Shown one piece after another: positions 33,426 to 44,440 of a stretch of DNA of 64,000 nt. Where the stretch lies: assembly GCA_031376385.1 (NCBI GenBank), contig JANMDQ010000018.1, positions 12,673 through 76,672 on the forward strand. Reading direction: 5' to 3'. This DNA is from Sphingomonadales bacterium. Lineage in GTDB: Bacteria; Pseudomonadota; Alphaproteobacteria; Sphingomonadales; Sphingomonadaceae. Position numbers and translations under genes: made by a program. The notes beneath the pieces were generated by a model. The model was not told the origin of the DNA. It saw nothing but the letters and a program-made list of their open reading frames with translations, and searched no databases. The stretch's first letter is position 1, and each line of letters opens with the position of its first letter.

Positions 33426-33692
33426 ATGCCAAAACGTGTACTCACAGGGACAGTCGTTTCCGATAAAAACGATAAGACCGTCGTGGTGAAGGTTGAGCGC
33501 AAAGTGAAGCATCCGCTTTACGGCAAGATCATCCGTCGCTCGAAAAAATATCATGCCCATGACGAAGCCAATCTGGTGAAGGAAGGTCAAACCGTTCGCA
33601 TTGAAGAATGTGCACCGATCTCCAAGAACAAGACATGGCGCGTGATCACCGATGTTGCGGCTCCTGCTGCTGCTCCAGTTGCGGAGGGTTAA
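33426..33692 (+). CDS. rpsQ: 30S ribosomal protein S17
   Basis: GTVVSDK.DKT, HPLYGK, AHDE, PISK.K.W. Confidence 0.98.
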   Translation: MPKRVLTGTVVSDKNDKTVVVKVERKVKHPLYGKIIRRSKKYHAHDEANLVKEGQTVRIEECAPISKNKTWRVITDVAAPAAAPVAEG

Positions 33693-33695
33693 TCC

Positions 33696-34064
33696 ATGAT
33701 CCAGATGCAATCCAATCTTGATGTCGCGGACAACTCTGGCGCTAAGCGCGTTCAGTGCATTAAAGTCCTTGGCGGATCAAAGCGTCGTGTTGCTGGCGTT
33801 GGAGACATCATTGTGGTGTCAATCAAGGAAGCTGCTCCACGCGGTAAAGTGAAGAAAGGTGACGTGCACCGTGCCGTCATCGTTCGCACACGCAAAGACA
33901 TCCGTCGTGCCGATGGGTCCACCATCAGGTTCGATACAAATGCCGCTGTTCTGGTCAACAAGAACGCAGAGCCCATCGGAACCCGTATTTTCGGCCCCGT
34001 GGTTCGCGAACTTCGCGCCAAGAATTACATGAAAATCATCAGCCTTGCGCCGGAGGTGCTCTAA
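33696..34064 (+). CDS. rplN: 50S ribosomal protein L14
   Basis: [22 protein letters not shown]. Confidence 0.99.
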   Translation: MIQMQSNLDVADNSGAKRVQCIKVLGGSKRRVAGVGDIIVVSIKEAAPRGKVKKGDVHRAVIVRTRKDIRRADGSTIRFDTNAAVLVNKNAEPIGTRIFGPVVRELRAKNYMKIISLAPEVL

Positions 34065-34384
34065 TGGCCGCTGCTAAAATCAAAAAGGGTGACGCTGTTG
34101 TTATCTTGTCTGGCAAGGACAAGGGCAAGCACGGTGTTGTGACTATGGCCATTCCCAAGGATGGCAAAGTCGTTGTCGGCGGCGTGAACATGATCACCCG
34201 TCACGTGAAGCCAAGCCAGGGCAATCCTCAGGGTGGTCTTGACCGCCGCGAAGCGCCGATGGCCGTTTCCAATGTAGCAATCGAAGACCCAAAGACTGGC
34301 AAAGCCACACGCGTTCGTTTTGAAACACGTGACGGCAAAAAGGTCCGGGTCGCCGTTAAGTCGGGGGAAGTGATCAGTGGCTAA
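34064..34384 (+). CDS. rplX: 50S ribosomal protein L24
   Basis: [18 protein letters not shown] motif. Confidence 0.98.
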   Translation: MAAAKIKKGDAVVILSGKDKGKHGVVTMAIPKDGKVVVGGVNMITRHVKPSQGNPQGGLDRREAPMAVSNVAIEDPKTGKATRVRFETRDGKKVRVAVKSGEVISG

Positions 34385-34952
34385 GGATTACACACCGCGC
34401 CTCGAAGGCCTCTATAATGACATGATCATCAAAGCGATGACGGAGAAATTTGGTTACACCAACACGCTCCAAGTTCCTCGCCTTGGTAAGATCGTGCTCA
34501 ATATGGGTGTCGGCGAAGCGACGCAGGACAAGAAAAAGGTCGATATTGCGGCTGCTGAAATGGAATTGATTGCAGGCCAAAAGCCAGTGATCGCCAAGGC
34601 CAAGAAATCGGTTGCTCAGTTCAAACTGCGCGAAGGCATGCCAATTGGCTGCAAGGTCACATTGCGCCGTTCGCGCATGTATGAATTCCTTGACCGGTTG
34701 ATCACCATCGCTCTGCCCCGCGTTCGGGATTTCCGCGGGCTGAACGAAAAGTCATTCGATGGTCGTGGCAACTATGCCATGGGGTTGAAGGAACAGCTGG
34801 TTTTCCCGGAAATCAGTTATGACAAGATCGAAAAGATCCGTGGCATGGACATCATTGTCACCACAACCGCACAGACCGACGATGAAGCACGTGAACTGCT
34901 TCGTTTGTTCGGTTTCCCTTTCCCTCAAGAAGAGATGCAACAGGCAGCGTAA
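34377..34952 (+). CDS. rplE: 50S ribosomal protein L5
   Basis: [24 protein letters not shown]. Confidence 0.99.
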   Translation: MAKDYTPRLEGLYNDMIIKAMTEKFGYTNTLQVPRLGKIVLNMGVGEATQDKKKVDIAAAEMELIAGQKPVIAKAKKSVAQFKLREGMPIGCKVTLRRSRMYEFLDRLITIALPRVRDFRGLNEKSFDGRGNYAMGLKEQLVFPEISYDKIEKIRGMDIIVTTTAQTDDEARELLRLFGFPFPQEEMQQAA

Positions 34953-34993
34953 TGCTGTCTTTCCATCGACAAGGAAGGACGAGGACTTAAGTC

Positions 34994-35299
34994 ATGGCGA
35001 AACTGAGTTCCATTAACAAAAACGAACGTCGTAAGAAGATGGTGAAGAAATACGCCAGTCATTACGCGAAGTTGAAGGCTATTGCCGGTGACGAGAAGCA
35101 GGACGATACAGATCGCCTGATGGCTCGGCTGAAGATGGCTGAGATCCCCCGCAACGGTAACCCCACGCGGGTTCGCAATCGTTGCGAACTCACCGGGCGC
35201 CCACGCGCTTATTATCGCAAATTCCGGCTCTGCCGTATTCAGCTGCGTGATCTGGCCAACAAAGGCATGATCCCCGGTGTGACTAAGTCGAGCTGGTAA
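34994..35299 (+). CDS. rpsN: 30S ribosomal protein S14 (long, Zn-ribbon-lacking type)
   Basis: [11 protein letters not shown], 101 aa. Confidence 0.98.
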   Translation: MAKLSSINKNERRKKMVKKYASHYAKLKAIAGDEKQDDTDRLMARLKMAEIPRNGNPTRVRNRCELTGRPRAYYRKFRLCRIQLRDLANKGMIPGVTKSSW

Positions 35300-35310
35300 G
35301 GGAAACTATA

Positions 35311-35706
35311 ATGGCATTGACCGATCCCTTGGGTGATATGCTCACCCGCATTCGTAATGGCCAGCGGGCTAAGAAGGACAGCGTCGTGACGCCTGCTTCT
35401 AAACTGCGTGCCAATGTTCTCGAAGTGCTGAAGCGCGAAGGCTATATTCGCGGTTACACCGAAGAGGAAGTCGCTGGACATCCTGGTCTGCGCGTTGAAC
35501 TCAAATATTTTGAGGGTCAGCCCGCAATCAAGCATGTCGCCCGCGTTTCTAAGCCCGGTCGCCGTGTATATTCGGGCAGTTCAGAACTTCCCACGATCCG
35601 CAACGGTCTGGGCATCACCATCGTATCGACGCCGCGCGGTGTTCTTTCCGATGCCGAAGCCCGCGACGCCAATGTTGGCGGCGAAATTCTGGCGGAGGTT
35701 TTCTGA
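35311..35706 (+). CDS. rpsH: 30S ribosomal protein S8
   Basis: [25 protein letters not shown]. Confidence 0.99.
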   Translation: MALTDPLGDMLTRIRNGQRAKKDSVVTPASKLRANVLEVLKREGYIRGYTEEEVAGHPGLRVELKYFEGQPAIKHVARVSKPGRRVYSGSSELPTIRNGLGITIVSTPRGVLSDAEARDANVGGEILAEVF

Positions 35707-36239
35707 TGAGCAGGACTGGCAAAAAGCCCGTTACCATACCCGCAGGTGTCACAGCGACGCTTGATGGTGGTATGGTTTCGGTGAAGGGCCCCAAGGGTGC
35801 CCTCTCCATTCCCATGGTTCCCGAAGTGACTTATGCTTTGGATGATGGCTTGCTGACGGTGCGTCCTGCGAATGAGACCAAGCGGTCTCGCGCATTTTGG
35901 GGCATGCAGCGGACTTTGCTTCAAAACCTTGTCACGGGTGTGACGACTGGTTTTTCCAAAGTGTTGGAAATTACCGGCGTTGGTTACCGCGCCAATTCTC
36001 AGGGCAAGAACCTGAAATTGCAGCTTGGTTACAGCCACGACGTTGATATGCCAGTGCCCGAGGGCCTGGAAGTGAAGACACCCGATCAGACCACGATTGA
36101 GATATCGGGGGCTGATGCTCAACTGGTTGGTCAATTCGCCGCTGAAATCCGCCGCTGGCGGAAGCCTGAGCCGTACAAGGGCAAGGGCATCAAGTATCGC
36201 GGCGAGTATATCTTCCGCAAGGAGGGTAAGAAGAAATAA
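35706..36239 (+). CDS. rplF: 50S ribosomal protein L6
   Basis: [21 protein letters not shown]. Confidence 0.99.
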   Translation: MSRTGKKPVTIPAGVTATLDGGMVSVKGPKGALSIPMVPEVTYALDDGLLTVRPANETKRSRAFWGMQRTLLQNLVTGVTTGFSKVLEITGVGYRANSQGKNLKLQLGYSHDVDMPVPEGLEVKTPDQTTIEISGADAQLVGQFAAEIRRWRKPEPYKGKGIKYRGEYIFRKEGKKK

Positions 36240-36595
36240 TGGCAAAGAAACTGACATCTTTCCAAAAGCGCCGTCAGCGCGTTCGCACGGGCTTAGTGTC
36301 TCGTGGTGGTGCGCGGCCTCGTTTGTCCATCCACCGTTCTGGTCGTCATATCTATGCGCAGGTGATTGATGATGCAGCGGGCAAGACAGTGGCAGCAGCA
36401 TCCAGCATCGAAAAGGATGCTCGCGCGTCCACCGGTGCGACCAAGGATGCAGCAGCAGCTGTCGGCAAAGTGGTTGCTGAACGCGCCATGAAAGCTGGCG
36501 TGACCAAAGTTGTTTTCGATCGCGGGGGGTTCCTCTTCCACGGTCGCGTCAAGGCGCTTGCAGAAGCAGCGCGCGAAGGCGGATTGGAGTTCTAA
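36239..36595 (+). CDS. rplR: 50S ribosomal protein L18
   Basis: RLSIHRS..HIYAQ, VFDRGG..FHGRV. Confidence 0.98.
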   Translation: MAKKLTSFQKRRQRVRTGLVSRGGARPRLSIHRSGRHIYAQVIDDAAGKTVAAASSIEKDARASTGATKDAAAAVGKVVAERAMKAGVTKVVFDRGGFLFHGRVKALAEAAREGGLEF

Positions 36596-37329
36596 TGGCT
36601 GACGAAATCGAAAATACAGTCGCTGCCGTTGGTGCGGGTTCCGCACCTGAAGGCGAAAGCGCGCCTCGCGGTCGCGGCGGTCCACGTGGTGGTCGCGGTG
36701 GCGGCGCTGGTGGTGGTCGTGATGGTGGTCGCGGTGGCAACAACCGTGGTCGTCGTGATGACAAGCGGGGTGGCGCTGGTGCCGACGATGGTGGCGAAGA
36801 ACTGATTGAGAAACTGGTTCACATCAACCGCGTGTCCAAAACTGTGAAGGGCGGTAAACGTTTTGGCTTTGCAGCTCTGGTGGTTGTGGGCGACGGTAAG
36901 GGCCGGGTCGGTTTTGGCCACGGTAAAGCGCGCGAAGTTCCTGAGGCGATCCAGAAGGCCACAGCTGCTGCAAAGCGTGCGATGGTCCGGGTTCCGCTAA
37001 AGGAAGGCCGCACGCTTCATCATGACGGTGCTGGCCATTTTGGTGCTGGTCGCGTGAATGTTCGCTCGGCTCCGCAGGGGACAGGCATTATCGCTGGTGG
37101 CCCAATGCGTGCCGTGTTTGAATCGCTGGGCGTTGCTGACGTGGTGACTAAGTCAGTCGGAACATCAAACCCCTACAATATGATCCGGGCAACCTTTGAG
37201 GCTCTCAAAGAACAAACCAGCCCGAAATCAGTGGCACAGCGTCGCGGCAAGAAAATTGCTGATCTGCTGCGTCGCGGTGGCGCAAGCGTTGTTGAGGCGG
37301 AAGCTGACGCAGCGGCAGTGGTGGAGTAA
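36595..37329 (+). CDS. rpsE: 30S ribosomal protein S5 with Gly/Arg-rich N-terminal extension
   Basis: [19 protein letters not shown]. Confidence 0.98.
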   Translation: MADEIENTVAAVGAGSAPEGESAPRGRGGPRGGRGGGAGGGRDGGRGGNNRGRRDDKRGGAGADDGGEELIEKLVHINRVSKTVKGGKRFGFAALVVVGDGKGRVGFGHGKAREVPEAIQKATAAAKRAMVRVPLKEGRTLHHDGAGHFGAGRVNVRSAPQGTGIIAGGPMRAVFESLGVADVVTKSVGTSNPYNMIRATFEALKEQTSPKSVAQRRGKKIADLLRRGGASVVEAEADAAAVVE

Positions 37330-37333
37330 GATC

Positions 37334-37522
37334 ATGGCCGACACAAAGAAAACAGTGACGATCAAGCAGACGGGGTCGCCCATCCGCCGCAAGCATGACC
37401 AGCGCGAAACGCTGATTGGCTTGGGTCTGAACAAAATGAACCGGGTCCGTGAACTGGAGGATACCCCTTCGGTGCGCGGCATGATCCGCAAGGTCCAACA
37501 TATGGTGACAGTGGTTAGCTAA
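37334..37522 (+). CDS. rpmD: 50S ribosomal protein L30
   Basis: [20 protein letters not shown]. Confidence 0.96.
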   Translation: MADTKKTVTIKQTGSPIRRKHDQRETLIGLGLNKMNRVRELEDTPSVRGMIRKVQHMVTVVS

Positions 37523-37567
37523 CGACCTCTTCCACCAGCGCGAACAAAGCGAAAGCGAGTGCAGACT

Positions 37568-38098
37568 ATGAAACTTAACGACATCAGTGACAACCAGGGT
37601 GCCCGTAAGCGCCGTATGCGCGTGGCGCGCGGTATCGGTTCGGGCAAAGGCAAGACCGCTGGTCGCGGCCAGAAAGGCCAGACGAGCCGCTCAGGCGTCT
37701 CGATCAACGGATTTGAAGGCGGCCAGATGCCCCTTCACATGCGCCTTCCAAAGCGCGGCTTTAACAATATCTTCGCCAAGGATTGGGCCGAAGTGAACCT
37801 CGGCATGATCCAGAAGCTGATCGATCTGAAGAAGCTTGATGCGAAGGCTGTGATCGACCACGCGACGTTGCAGGCTGCTGGTCTGGCGCGCGGTGGTAAA
37901 GATGGTCTCCGTCTGCTCGGCAAGGGTGCGATCACTTCGAAGCTATCCTTCCTCGTGCACGGCGTATCTGCTGGCGCGAAGGCCGCTGTTGAGGCGGCTG
38001 GTGGCACTGTGGAAATCATTCACGTTGTGCCAGCGGCGGAAAAGGCGCTTGCGAAAAAGGGGCTCGTTCGCGCGGAACGTCTCGCGAAAAGAGTTTGA
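37568..38098 (+). CDS. rplO: 50S ribosomal protein L15
   Basis: [24 protein letters not shown]. Confidence 0.98.
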   Translation: MKLNDISDNQGARKRRMRVARGIGSGKGKTAGRGQKGQTSRSGVSINGFEGGQMPLHMRLPKRGFNNIFAKDWAEVNLGMIQKLIDLKKLDAKAVIDHATLQAAGLARGGKDGLRLLGKGAITSKLSFLVHGVSAGAKAAVEAAGGTVEIIHVVPAAEKALAKKGLVRAERLAKRV

Positions 38099-38201
38099 TT
38101 GGTTAATTGGCCTTAGACATGGGCCAAAGCTTCACTATATAGCAGCGATGGGGGGCAATTTGCTTTCCGTCGCTGTTTAGTTTTCTGGGTTTGAACCGCA
38201 T

Positions 38202-39572
38202 ATGGCATCTTCTGCAGACCAAATGGGCGCAAGCCTCAGTCTCAACAATTTCGCGCAAGCAACGGAGCTGAAGCGCCGGCTGTGGTTCACACTTGGCGCG
38301 TTGATCATTTTCCGTTTTTTGAGCTTCGTGCCGCTTCCCGGCATTGATCCAGTTGCATTGCAAGCCCAGTTCGCGACGACACGCGGGGGCGTGCTCGATT
38401 TCTTCAATATGTTTTCGGGCGGCGCGCTGGAGCGGATGAGCATCATCGCGCTCGGCGTGATGCCCTATATCACTGCTTCGATTGTGGTGCAGTTGGCAGG
38501 TTCCCTGTCGCCTCAGCTTGCTGCTCTCAAGAAAGAGGGCGAGAGCGGGCGCAAGAAGCTTAATCAATATACACGATACGGAACGGTTGGCCTTGCCTGT
38601 GTGCAGGGTTATTTCATCGCCGTTGGCCTGGAAAATTGGGGCGCGCAGACCGGGCAATCCGCTGTGGTTGAGCCGGGTCTGCTGTTCCGTGTCGCCTGCG
38701 TTGTTGCGCTGGTGGGCGGTACAATGTTTTTGATGTGGCTAGGCGAACAAATCACCAGTCGCGGCATTGGCAACGGCATTTCTCTCATCGTCATGGCCGG
38801 GATCGTGGCGCATCTGCCGACGTCGCTTGCCAACCTGTTTGAGGGCGGACGCACCGGCACTATGTCGCCGCTGCTGATCATCGGCATTGTCATCATGGTC
38901 GTCGGGCTGATTGCGTTCATCTGCTTCATGGAGCGCGCGCAGAGACGTGTCCTCATTCAATATCCTAAGCGGGCCTCGGCGCGTGGCGGCATGCAGCAGG
39001 ATAAGAGTTTCCTGCCGCTTAAAATCAACACAGCCAATGTCATTCCGCCTATCTTCGCATCGTCGCTGTTGCTGATGCCACTCACCATTGCGCAGTTCGC
39101 TGGCCAAGGTGCGGCAGCAGGGGACAGTGCATGGGGCGATTTCGTCCTCGCAGTCACCACATCGCTGCAGCACGGATCGCCGCTTTACATGACGCTGTAC
39201 GGCGCGGGCATTATCTTCTTTTGCTTTTTCTACACGGCCGTCGTCTTCAATCCGGAGGAAACGGCTGAGAATTTGAAGAAATATGGTGGCTTCATTCCCG
39301 GCATTCGCCCTGGCAAAAATACCGAGGAATATCTCGATTATGTGCTGACGCGGATTACGGTGCTGGGGGCAGCCTATCTGACCTTCATCTGCCTCGTGCC
39401 CGAATTTGCAGTCGCGCAGGCAGGGATCCCCTTCTACCTTGGGGGCACCAGCTTGCTCATTGTCGTCAACGTCACGATTGATACTGTGTCGCAAATCCAA
39501 AGCCATCTGCTCGCCCATCAATACGGCGATCTCATCAAGAAATCGAAGCTGAAAGGCGGCGGACGCCGTTAA
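38202..39572 (+). CDS. secY: Preprotein translocase SecY
   Basis: ALGVMPYITASI, WLGEQIT.RGIGNG, IPGIRPG, GGTSLLIVV. Confidence 0.99.
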   Translation: MASSADQMGASLSLNNFAQATELKRRLWFTLGALIIFRFLSFVPLPGIDPVALQAQFATTRGGVLDFFNMFSGGALERMSIIALGVMPYITASIVVQLAGSLSPQLAALKKEGESGRKKLNQYTRYGTVGLACVQGYFIAVGLENWGAQTGQSAVVEPGLLFRVACVVALVGGTMFLMWLGEQITSRGIGNGISLIVMAGIVAHLPTSLANLFEGGRTGTMSPLLIIGIVIMVVGLIAFICFMERAQRRVLIQYPKRASARGGMQQDKSFLPLKINTANVIPPIFASSLLLMPLTIAQFAGQGAAAGDSAWGDFVLAVTTSLQHGSPLYMTLYGAGIIFFCFFYTAVVFNPEETAENLKKYGGFIPGIRPGKNTEEYLDYVLTRITVLGAAYLTFICLVPEFAVAQAGIPFYLGGTSLLIVVNVTIDTVSQIQSHLLAHQYGDLIKKSKLKGGGRR

Positions 39573-39608
39573 TTTTAGCCGCTAAGTTCAGCTAGGGGGA
39601 ACCTGCCA

Positions 39609-40253
39609 ATGAATATCATCCTGTTGGGCCCCCCGGGGGCGGGCAAGGGAACACAGGCGGGCCGACTGGTAGATGGCCGCGGTATGGTCCAGCTCTCCAC
39701 AGGTGACATGCTGAGAGCTGCGGTAAAGGCGGGGACGCCGACGGGCCTAAAAGCCAAAGCGGTAATGGAGTCCGGTGCGCTGGTTTCCGACGAAATCGTG
39801 TCAGGCATCATTGGTGAGGCGCTCGATCAACTCCCTGCAGCCACAGGAGTAATCTTTGACGGCTATCCCCGCACAGAGGCGCAGGCCCATTCGCTGGACA
39901 TGATCCTAACGGCGCGTGGCCGCACACTTGACCATGTGATTGAACTGGAAGTGAATGAGGATGAACTGGTCACGCGGATAGTAGGGCGGTTCACCTGCGG
40001 CAATTGCGGGGCGGGCTATCATGACAGCTTCCACTTGCCGACATCACCCGGCATCTGCGACAAATGCGGCGGTACAGAGTTTAAGCGTCGGCCCGACGAT
40101 AATGAGGAAACTGTCCGCACCCGTATGGCCGAATATCGCGGCAAAACGGCGCCGATCCTGCCGATTTATGAAGCGCGTGGCCTGGTAAGCCGTGTTGATG
40201 GCATGGCTGATATGGAGTCAGTAAGCTCCGCAATAGGAGCGATCCTTGCATAA
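39609..40253 (+). CDS. adk: Adenylate kinase (Cys4 zinc-type LID)
   Basis: GPPGAGKGTQ, STGDMLR, DGYPR, RPDD. Confidence 0.99.
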   Translation: MNIILLGPPGAGKGTQAGRLVDGRGMVQLSTGDMLRAAVKAGTPTGLKAKAVMESGALVSDEIVSGIIGEALDQLPAATGVIFDGYPRTEAQAHSLDMILTARGRTLDHVIELEVNEDELVTRIVGRFTCGNCGAGYHDSFHLPTSPGICDKCGGTEFKRRPDDNEETVRTRMAEYRGKTAPILPIYEARGLVSRVDGMADMESVSSAIGAILA

Positions 40254-41022
40254 GCTGCTTATCGCGACTGCATTGGCATTGGTGAGCGCTGGGCCAGCCG
40301 CAGCGGACGATTTTACGCCATCCCTGTTCAAGACTTGGGCAGACGCTCGCATTGGCACAGGGCAGCCTGTTTATTGGTATTCGGTCGGCACTGTCCGATC
40401 ATACCCAGACGGAAAATTGCTGTACCGCATGGAAGGCTATGACACAGCCCGAGTTGGCTATCCAGATCCGGCGAAGCGGATCGTTCACCAATATAACCGC
40501 AAAATCTACATCGCGCGTCACCCAGACACCAACGCTGTCTTGCGCGAATGGAATGGCAAAAAGGTTGAACCCATCGCTTACCCGTATCAGTTTATCACAT
40601 ACGAACTGAAAGGGACTGCCGTCGAGACTATGGTAGAGCAGGGCTCTGGCACGAGCGTTCGCCGTATCGGCCCGGGCAAGGACATCATCGTCCGCACCTT
40701 AGGCGACGCAACGGTTTTTACGGCTCCTGTCTATCTCGATTTTCCCATCGGCGGGGGCAAACGGTATCAGGCGTTTGAGAATTATGATTTCTTCATCCAA
40801 CCCAAGGGTAAGGTAAAGGTGCCGCATCAACTCAGCTGGCTGCGTTATGGCAACGCGCCAGATTGGGCGGGCGGCGGCCTCACCATCATGCATTTGGTCA
40901 CATGGCGGATTGACCGGTATCAAGATGTTCCTGCAACACTGCGCGACTATATTGAGAGCGACGCGCCACTGTGGAAAGCACCGCCGGCGGATCTTGCCGA
41001 TATCCGCAGGTTACAAAAATAA
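40246..41022 (+). CDS. Secreted DUF1838-like protein
   Basis: GGAG SD before TTG, signal peptide MHKLLIATALALVSAGPAAA; YWY..G.V....G..L..MEG, Y...E pattern; overlaps adk stop. Confidence 0.65.
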   Translation: MHKLLIATALALVSAGPAAADDFTPSLFKTWADARIGTGQPVYWYSVGTVRSYPDGKLLYRMEGYDTARVGYPDPAKRIVHQYNRKIYIARHPDTNAVLREWNGKKVEPIAYPYQFITYELKGTAVETMVEQGSGTSVRRIGPGKDIIVRTLGDATVFTAPVYLDFPIGGGKRYQAFENYDFFIQPKGKVKVPHQLSWLRYGNAPDWAGGGLTIMHLVTWRIDRYQDVPATLRDYIESDAPLWKAPPADLADIRRLQK

Positions 41023-41134
41023 CCGGGCTTCCCATCTCGGAAATCCCTGCTAATCTCAACTCACACGTAACGGCCTCAATCGAAGGCTGATCGACTGGGC
41101 CGCACAAACAATCATCCTGTTAGGGGGAAGTGCA

Positions 41135-42490
41135 ATGGCCGTGTCTGATCATGTTGATCTCAATACATTTGTTGAAGGTGTAAAGAAGCGTAATCCGGGG
41201 CAACCGGAATTCGTCCAGGCCGTGACGGAGGTTGCCGAGGATATATTCGGCTTCATGGAAGATAAAGAGCAATATCATACCGGCCAAATCCTCCGTCGTA
41301 TTGCAGAACCTGACCGCGTGATCAGCTTTCGCGTCTGCTGGCAGGATGATAAAGGCAATATCCGCGTGCAGCGCGGCTGGCGGGTTCAGAATAACAACGC
41401 GATTGGCCCTTATAAGGGCGGCATTCGCTTTCACCCCTCCGTCACGGAATCGGTTCTGAAATTCCTCGCCTTTGAACAGACGTTCAAAAATGCGCTTACT
41501 GGCCTTCCGATGGGCGGCGGCAAGGGCGGATCAAATTTCAATCCCAAAGGCAAATCTGATGGCGAAGTGATGCGCTTCTGCCAATCGCTGATGACGGAGC
41601 TTTACCGCCACATCGGCGCGGACGTAGATGTGCCCGCCGGTGACATTGGCGTGGGTGGTCGTGAAATTGGTTATATGTTTGGCCAGTATAAGCGGATCAC
41701 GGGCGAATTTACCGGCGTGCTCACTGGTAAAGGCTTGGAATATGGTGGCTCGCTTATTCGCACAGAGGCCACAGGGTACGGGGCAACCTATTTCCTCCAG
41801 AATATGCTGTCGACCAAAGGCCAGTCACTGGAGGGTAAGACGGCGGTTGTGTCTGGCTCTGGCAATGTGGCGACACACGCGGCGGAAAAAATCACGCGAC
41901 TGGGCGGCAAAGTGCTCACGCTGAGCGATAGCGCGGGCTTCATCCATGATCCTGATGGCATCACTCAAGAGAAAATCGATTGGGTGAAGGACCTGAAGAA
42001 CAAGCGTCGCGGTCGCATTGAGGAATATGTGAAGGAGTTTAAGGGCGCGAGCTTCCACGCGGGTAAAACGCCGTGGAGCGTCGCCTGCGATGTTGCCATG
42101 CCGTGTGCGACGCAAAATGAGTTGCTGGGCGCAGACGCGGAAATGCTCATAAAGAATGGATGTATCGCGGTCAGCGAAGGCGCGAATATGCCCACCGATT
42201 TGGACGGAGTGCATGTGTTCAAAAAAGCAAAAATCCTGTTCGCGCCGGGCAAAGCTGCCAACGCAGGCGGCGTTGCGGTCTCTGGCTTAGAAATGAGCCA
42301 GAACAGCGCACGGATATCGTGGAAAGAGGAAGAACTCCAACGCCTCCTCCTTGACATCATGTCCGGCATCCACAGCCGCTGCCAGGAATATGGCACGGAT
42401 AAGGATGGCTATTGCGATTATGTGAAAGGCGCAAACATCGGCGGGTTCAAGAAGGTCGCCGACGCCATGTTAGCCTTTGGGGTAGTGTAG
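41135..42490 (+). CDS. gdhA: NADP-specific glutamate dehydrogenase
   Basis: GPYKGG.RFHP, GGGKGG, DVPAGDIGVG, GSGNV, EGANMP. Confidence 0.97.
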   Translation: MAVSDHVDLNTFVEGVKKRNPGQPEFVQAVTEVAEDIFGFMEDKEQYHTGQILRRIAEPDRVISFRVCWQDDKGNIRVQRGWRVQNNNAIGPYKGGIRFHPSVTESVLKFLAFEQTFKNALTGLPMGGGKGGSNFNPKGKSDGEVMRFCQSLMTELYRHIGADVDVPAGDIGVGGREIGYMFGQYKRITGEFTGVLTGKGLEYGGSLIRTEATGYGATYFLQNMLSTKGQSLEGKTAVVSGSGNVATHAAEKITRLGGKVLTLSDSAGFIHDPDGITQEKIDWVKDLKNKRRGRIEEYVKEFKGASFHAGKTPWSVACDVAMPCATQNELLGADAEMLIKNGCIAVSEGANMPTDLDGVHVFKKAKILFAPGKAANAGGVAVSGLEMSQNSARISWKEEELQRLLLDIMSGIHSRCQEYGTDKDGYCDYVKGANIGGFKKVADAMLAFGVV

Positions 42491-42597
42491 GGAAAATCGG
42501 GTCGCGTCGTAGGGGAATAGGGAAGGGGCGTGATTGCAGTCACGCTCCACCATTACCACTTGAGTTCATGTATCAATGATCTTTGAGGAGAAGTGCG

Positions 42598-43137
42598 ATG
42601 GTGACTGTACCAAAGGCTTATAAATGGCTCCCAACTCTCGACCCGCTGCCTCGCATGGTCCGAGAGGCACTTGCCCTGTTTGGCACTGTCGAAACGCCAG
42701 GCAAGAAAAGCAATGTCATCATTATGGCTTGGGCCAAAGAAGTCAGCGAAAAGGTGCAGCACACCTATTACGCCGATGAAGTCCCTTGGTGCGGCCTCTT
42801 TGCGGCTGTCATCGCCAAGCGTGCGGGCAAAACTCCTCCGGTTGATCCGCTCTGGGCGCTCAACTGGAATAAGTTCGGCGTTGACGCAGGTCAGCCGGCG
42901 TTGGGCGATATCCTCACCTTTCAGCGCGAAGGCGGCGGGCACGTCGGTCTTTACGTTGGGGAGGATAAGGACTGTTATCATGTTCTTGGTGGCAACCAGT
43001 CCGATCAGGTCTGCTTCACGCGGATCGTGAAGGGTCGGCTCAAGGGTGCGCGGCGGCCCTATTATCAAAATCAGCCAAAGACAGTGAAGCCGTATATTCT
43101 GGCCGCGACGGGGGGGATTTCATCGAACGAGGGATGA
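42598..43137 (+). CDS. TIGR02594-like CHAP/NlpC-P60-type cysteine peptidoglycan hydrolase
   Basis: DEVPWCG (Cys), GGGHVG (His), LGGNQSD; GAGGAG SD. Confidence 0.85.
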   Translation: MVTVPKAYKWLPTLDPLPRMVREALALFGTVETPGKKSNVIIMAWAKEVSEKVQHTYYADEVPWCGLFAAVIAKRAGKTPPVDPLWALNWNKFGVDAGQPALGDILTFQREGGGHVGLYVGEDKDCYHVLGGNQSDQVCFTRIVKGRLKGARRPYYQNQPKTVKPYILAATGGISSNEG

Positions 43138-43151
43138 GGAAGTCTTTGACC

Positions 43152-43236
43152 AAAGTGCTCCGGGCTAGACCCGGAGCCCAAGGGTCACATACTCTTCCGC
43201 GCCCCACTGGACTCCGGGTCAAGCCCGGAGCACTTT
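43152..43236. repeat. REP-like inverted repeat (family E) between convergent genes
   Basis: aaagtgctccgggctagacccggag ... ctccgggtcaagcccggagcacttt; nested hairpins. Confidence 0.88.
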
Positions 43237-43261
43237 TGTGTTAGTGAAGCCGTAGTCGCTG

Positions 43262-44404
43262 TCACCTAACCAAGCGTCCCCACGTTCGCAATTCGTCGAC
43301 AAACAAATCCGGCACCTCAAACGCGGCGAAATGACCGCCCTTTGGCAATGTGTTGAAGTGGATGAGGTTGGTGTAGACTTTCTCCGCCCAGCGGCGAGAG
43401 GGGCGGAAAATTTCTTGCGGAAACACGCTGATGCCCGTGGGGATTTCCACCTTTGAGGCAGAGAATTGCCCAAAACTTTCCCAGTAAAGCCGCGCGGATG
43501 AAGCGCCGCTGTTGGTGAGCCAATAGAGCATGATATTGTCGAGGATCGCATCGCGGCCAAATGCGCCGTCGGGATCATCGCCTGCATCGCTCCACCCGTG
43601 GAACTTTTCATAAATCCAGGCCGCTTGGCCGACGGGTGAATCCGCAAGGCCGTATCCCAGAGTCTGGGGCCGCGATTTCTGTTGTTGCGCATAGCCGTTT
43701 CCGTCGGTCGCATAGGCTTGCAGGCTGGCGAGTGAGGCTTTCTCCGCGACTGTCATATCGACCATATCTTCGGGCGAAGGACGCGTGACAGCCATGTTGA
43801 CATGGATTGCGGCAAGGCCGGTCGGAGCCTGCGTACCCATCGTCGCAGTGACAGCACTGCCCCAATCTCCGCCTTGTGCCGCGTAATGACCCCCGTAGCC
43901 CAATCGCTGCATCAGTTCCGCCCAAGCGCGACCGATGCGATCCAAATTCCACCCGTTGTGGGTTGGCTTGCCGGAAAATCCATATCCGGGAAGGGACGGC
44001 AAAACGAGATGAAAGGCATCCTCAGCGCGTCCCCCGAACGCAGTCGGATTGGTCAGCGGCCCTACGACATGGCAAAATTCGATGATCGACCCCGGCCAAC
44101 CATGCGTCATGATCAGCGGCAGAGCACCCTCGTGTGGCGACCGGATGTGGCAGAAATGGATATCCAGACCGTCAACTTCCGTGACATGCTGGCCCCAGCC
44201 ATTGAGCATCGCCTCACACCGCCGCCAATCATAATGATGCTGCCAATGATCCACGAGCGCGCGAACCTTGGCGAGCGGCGCGCCTTGCGTCCAATCATCC
44301 ACGCATTCGCGCTCTGGCCAGCGCGTCATAGCAAGGCGCGTTTGCAGGGTGTCGAGCTCCGACTGGTCGATGGCGAGCGTGAAAGCGTGGATCGCGGTGC
44401 TCAT
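43262..44404 (-). CDS. Epoxide hydrolase (EHN + alpha/beta hydrolase)
   Basis: HGWPGS, PSLPGYGFS, QGGDWG, GGHFAAFE. Confidence 0.95.
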   Translation of the reverse strand: MSTAIHAFTLAIDQSELDTLQTRLAMTRWPERECVDDWTQGAPLAKVRALVDHWQHHYDWRRCEAMLNGWGQHVTEVDGLDIHFCHIRSPHEGALPLIMTHGWPGSIIEFCHVVGPLTNPTAFGGRAEDAFHLVLPSLPGYGFSGKPTHNGWNLDRIGRAWAELMQRLGYGGHYAAQGGDWGSAVTATMGTQAPTGLAAIHVNMAVTRPSPEDMVDMTVAEKASLASLQAYATDGNGYAQQQKSRPQTLGYGLADSPVGQAAWIYEKFHGWSDAGDDPDGAFGRDAILDNIMLYWLTNSGASSARLYWESFGQFSASKVEIPTGISVFPQEIFRPSRRWAEKVYTNLIHFNTLPKGGHFAAFEVPDLFVDELRTWGRLVR

Positions 44405-44440
44405 GGGAAAGTTCCTAATAGGTTTGCCTCGAAAGGCCTT

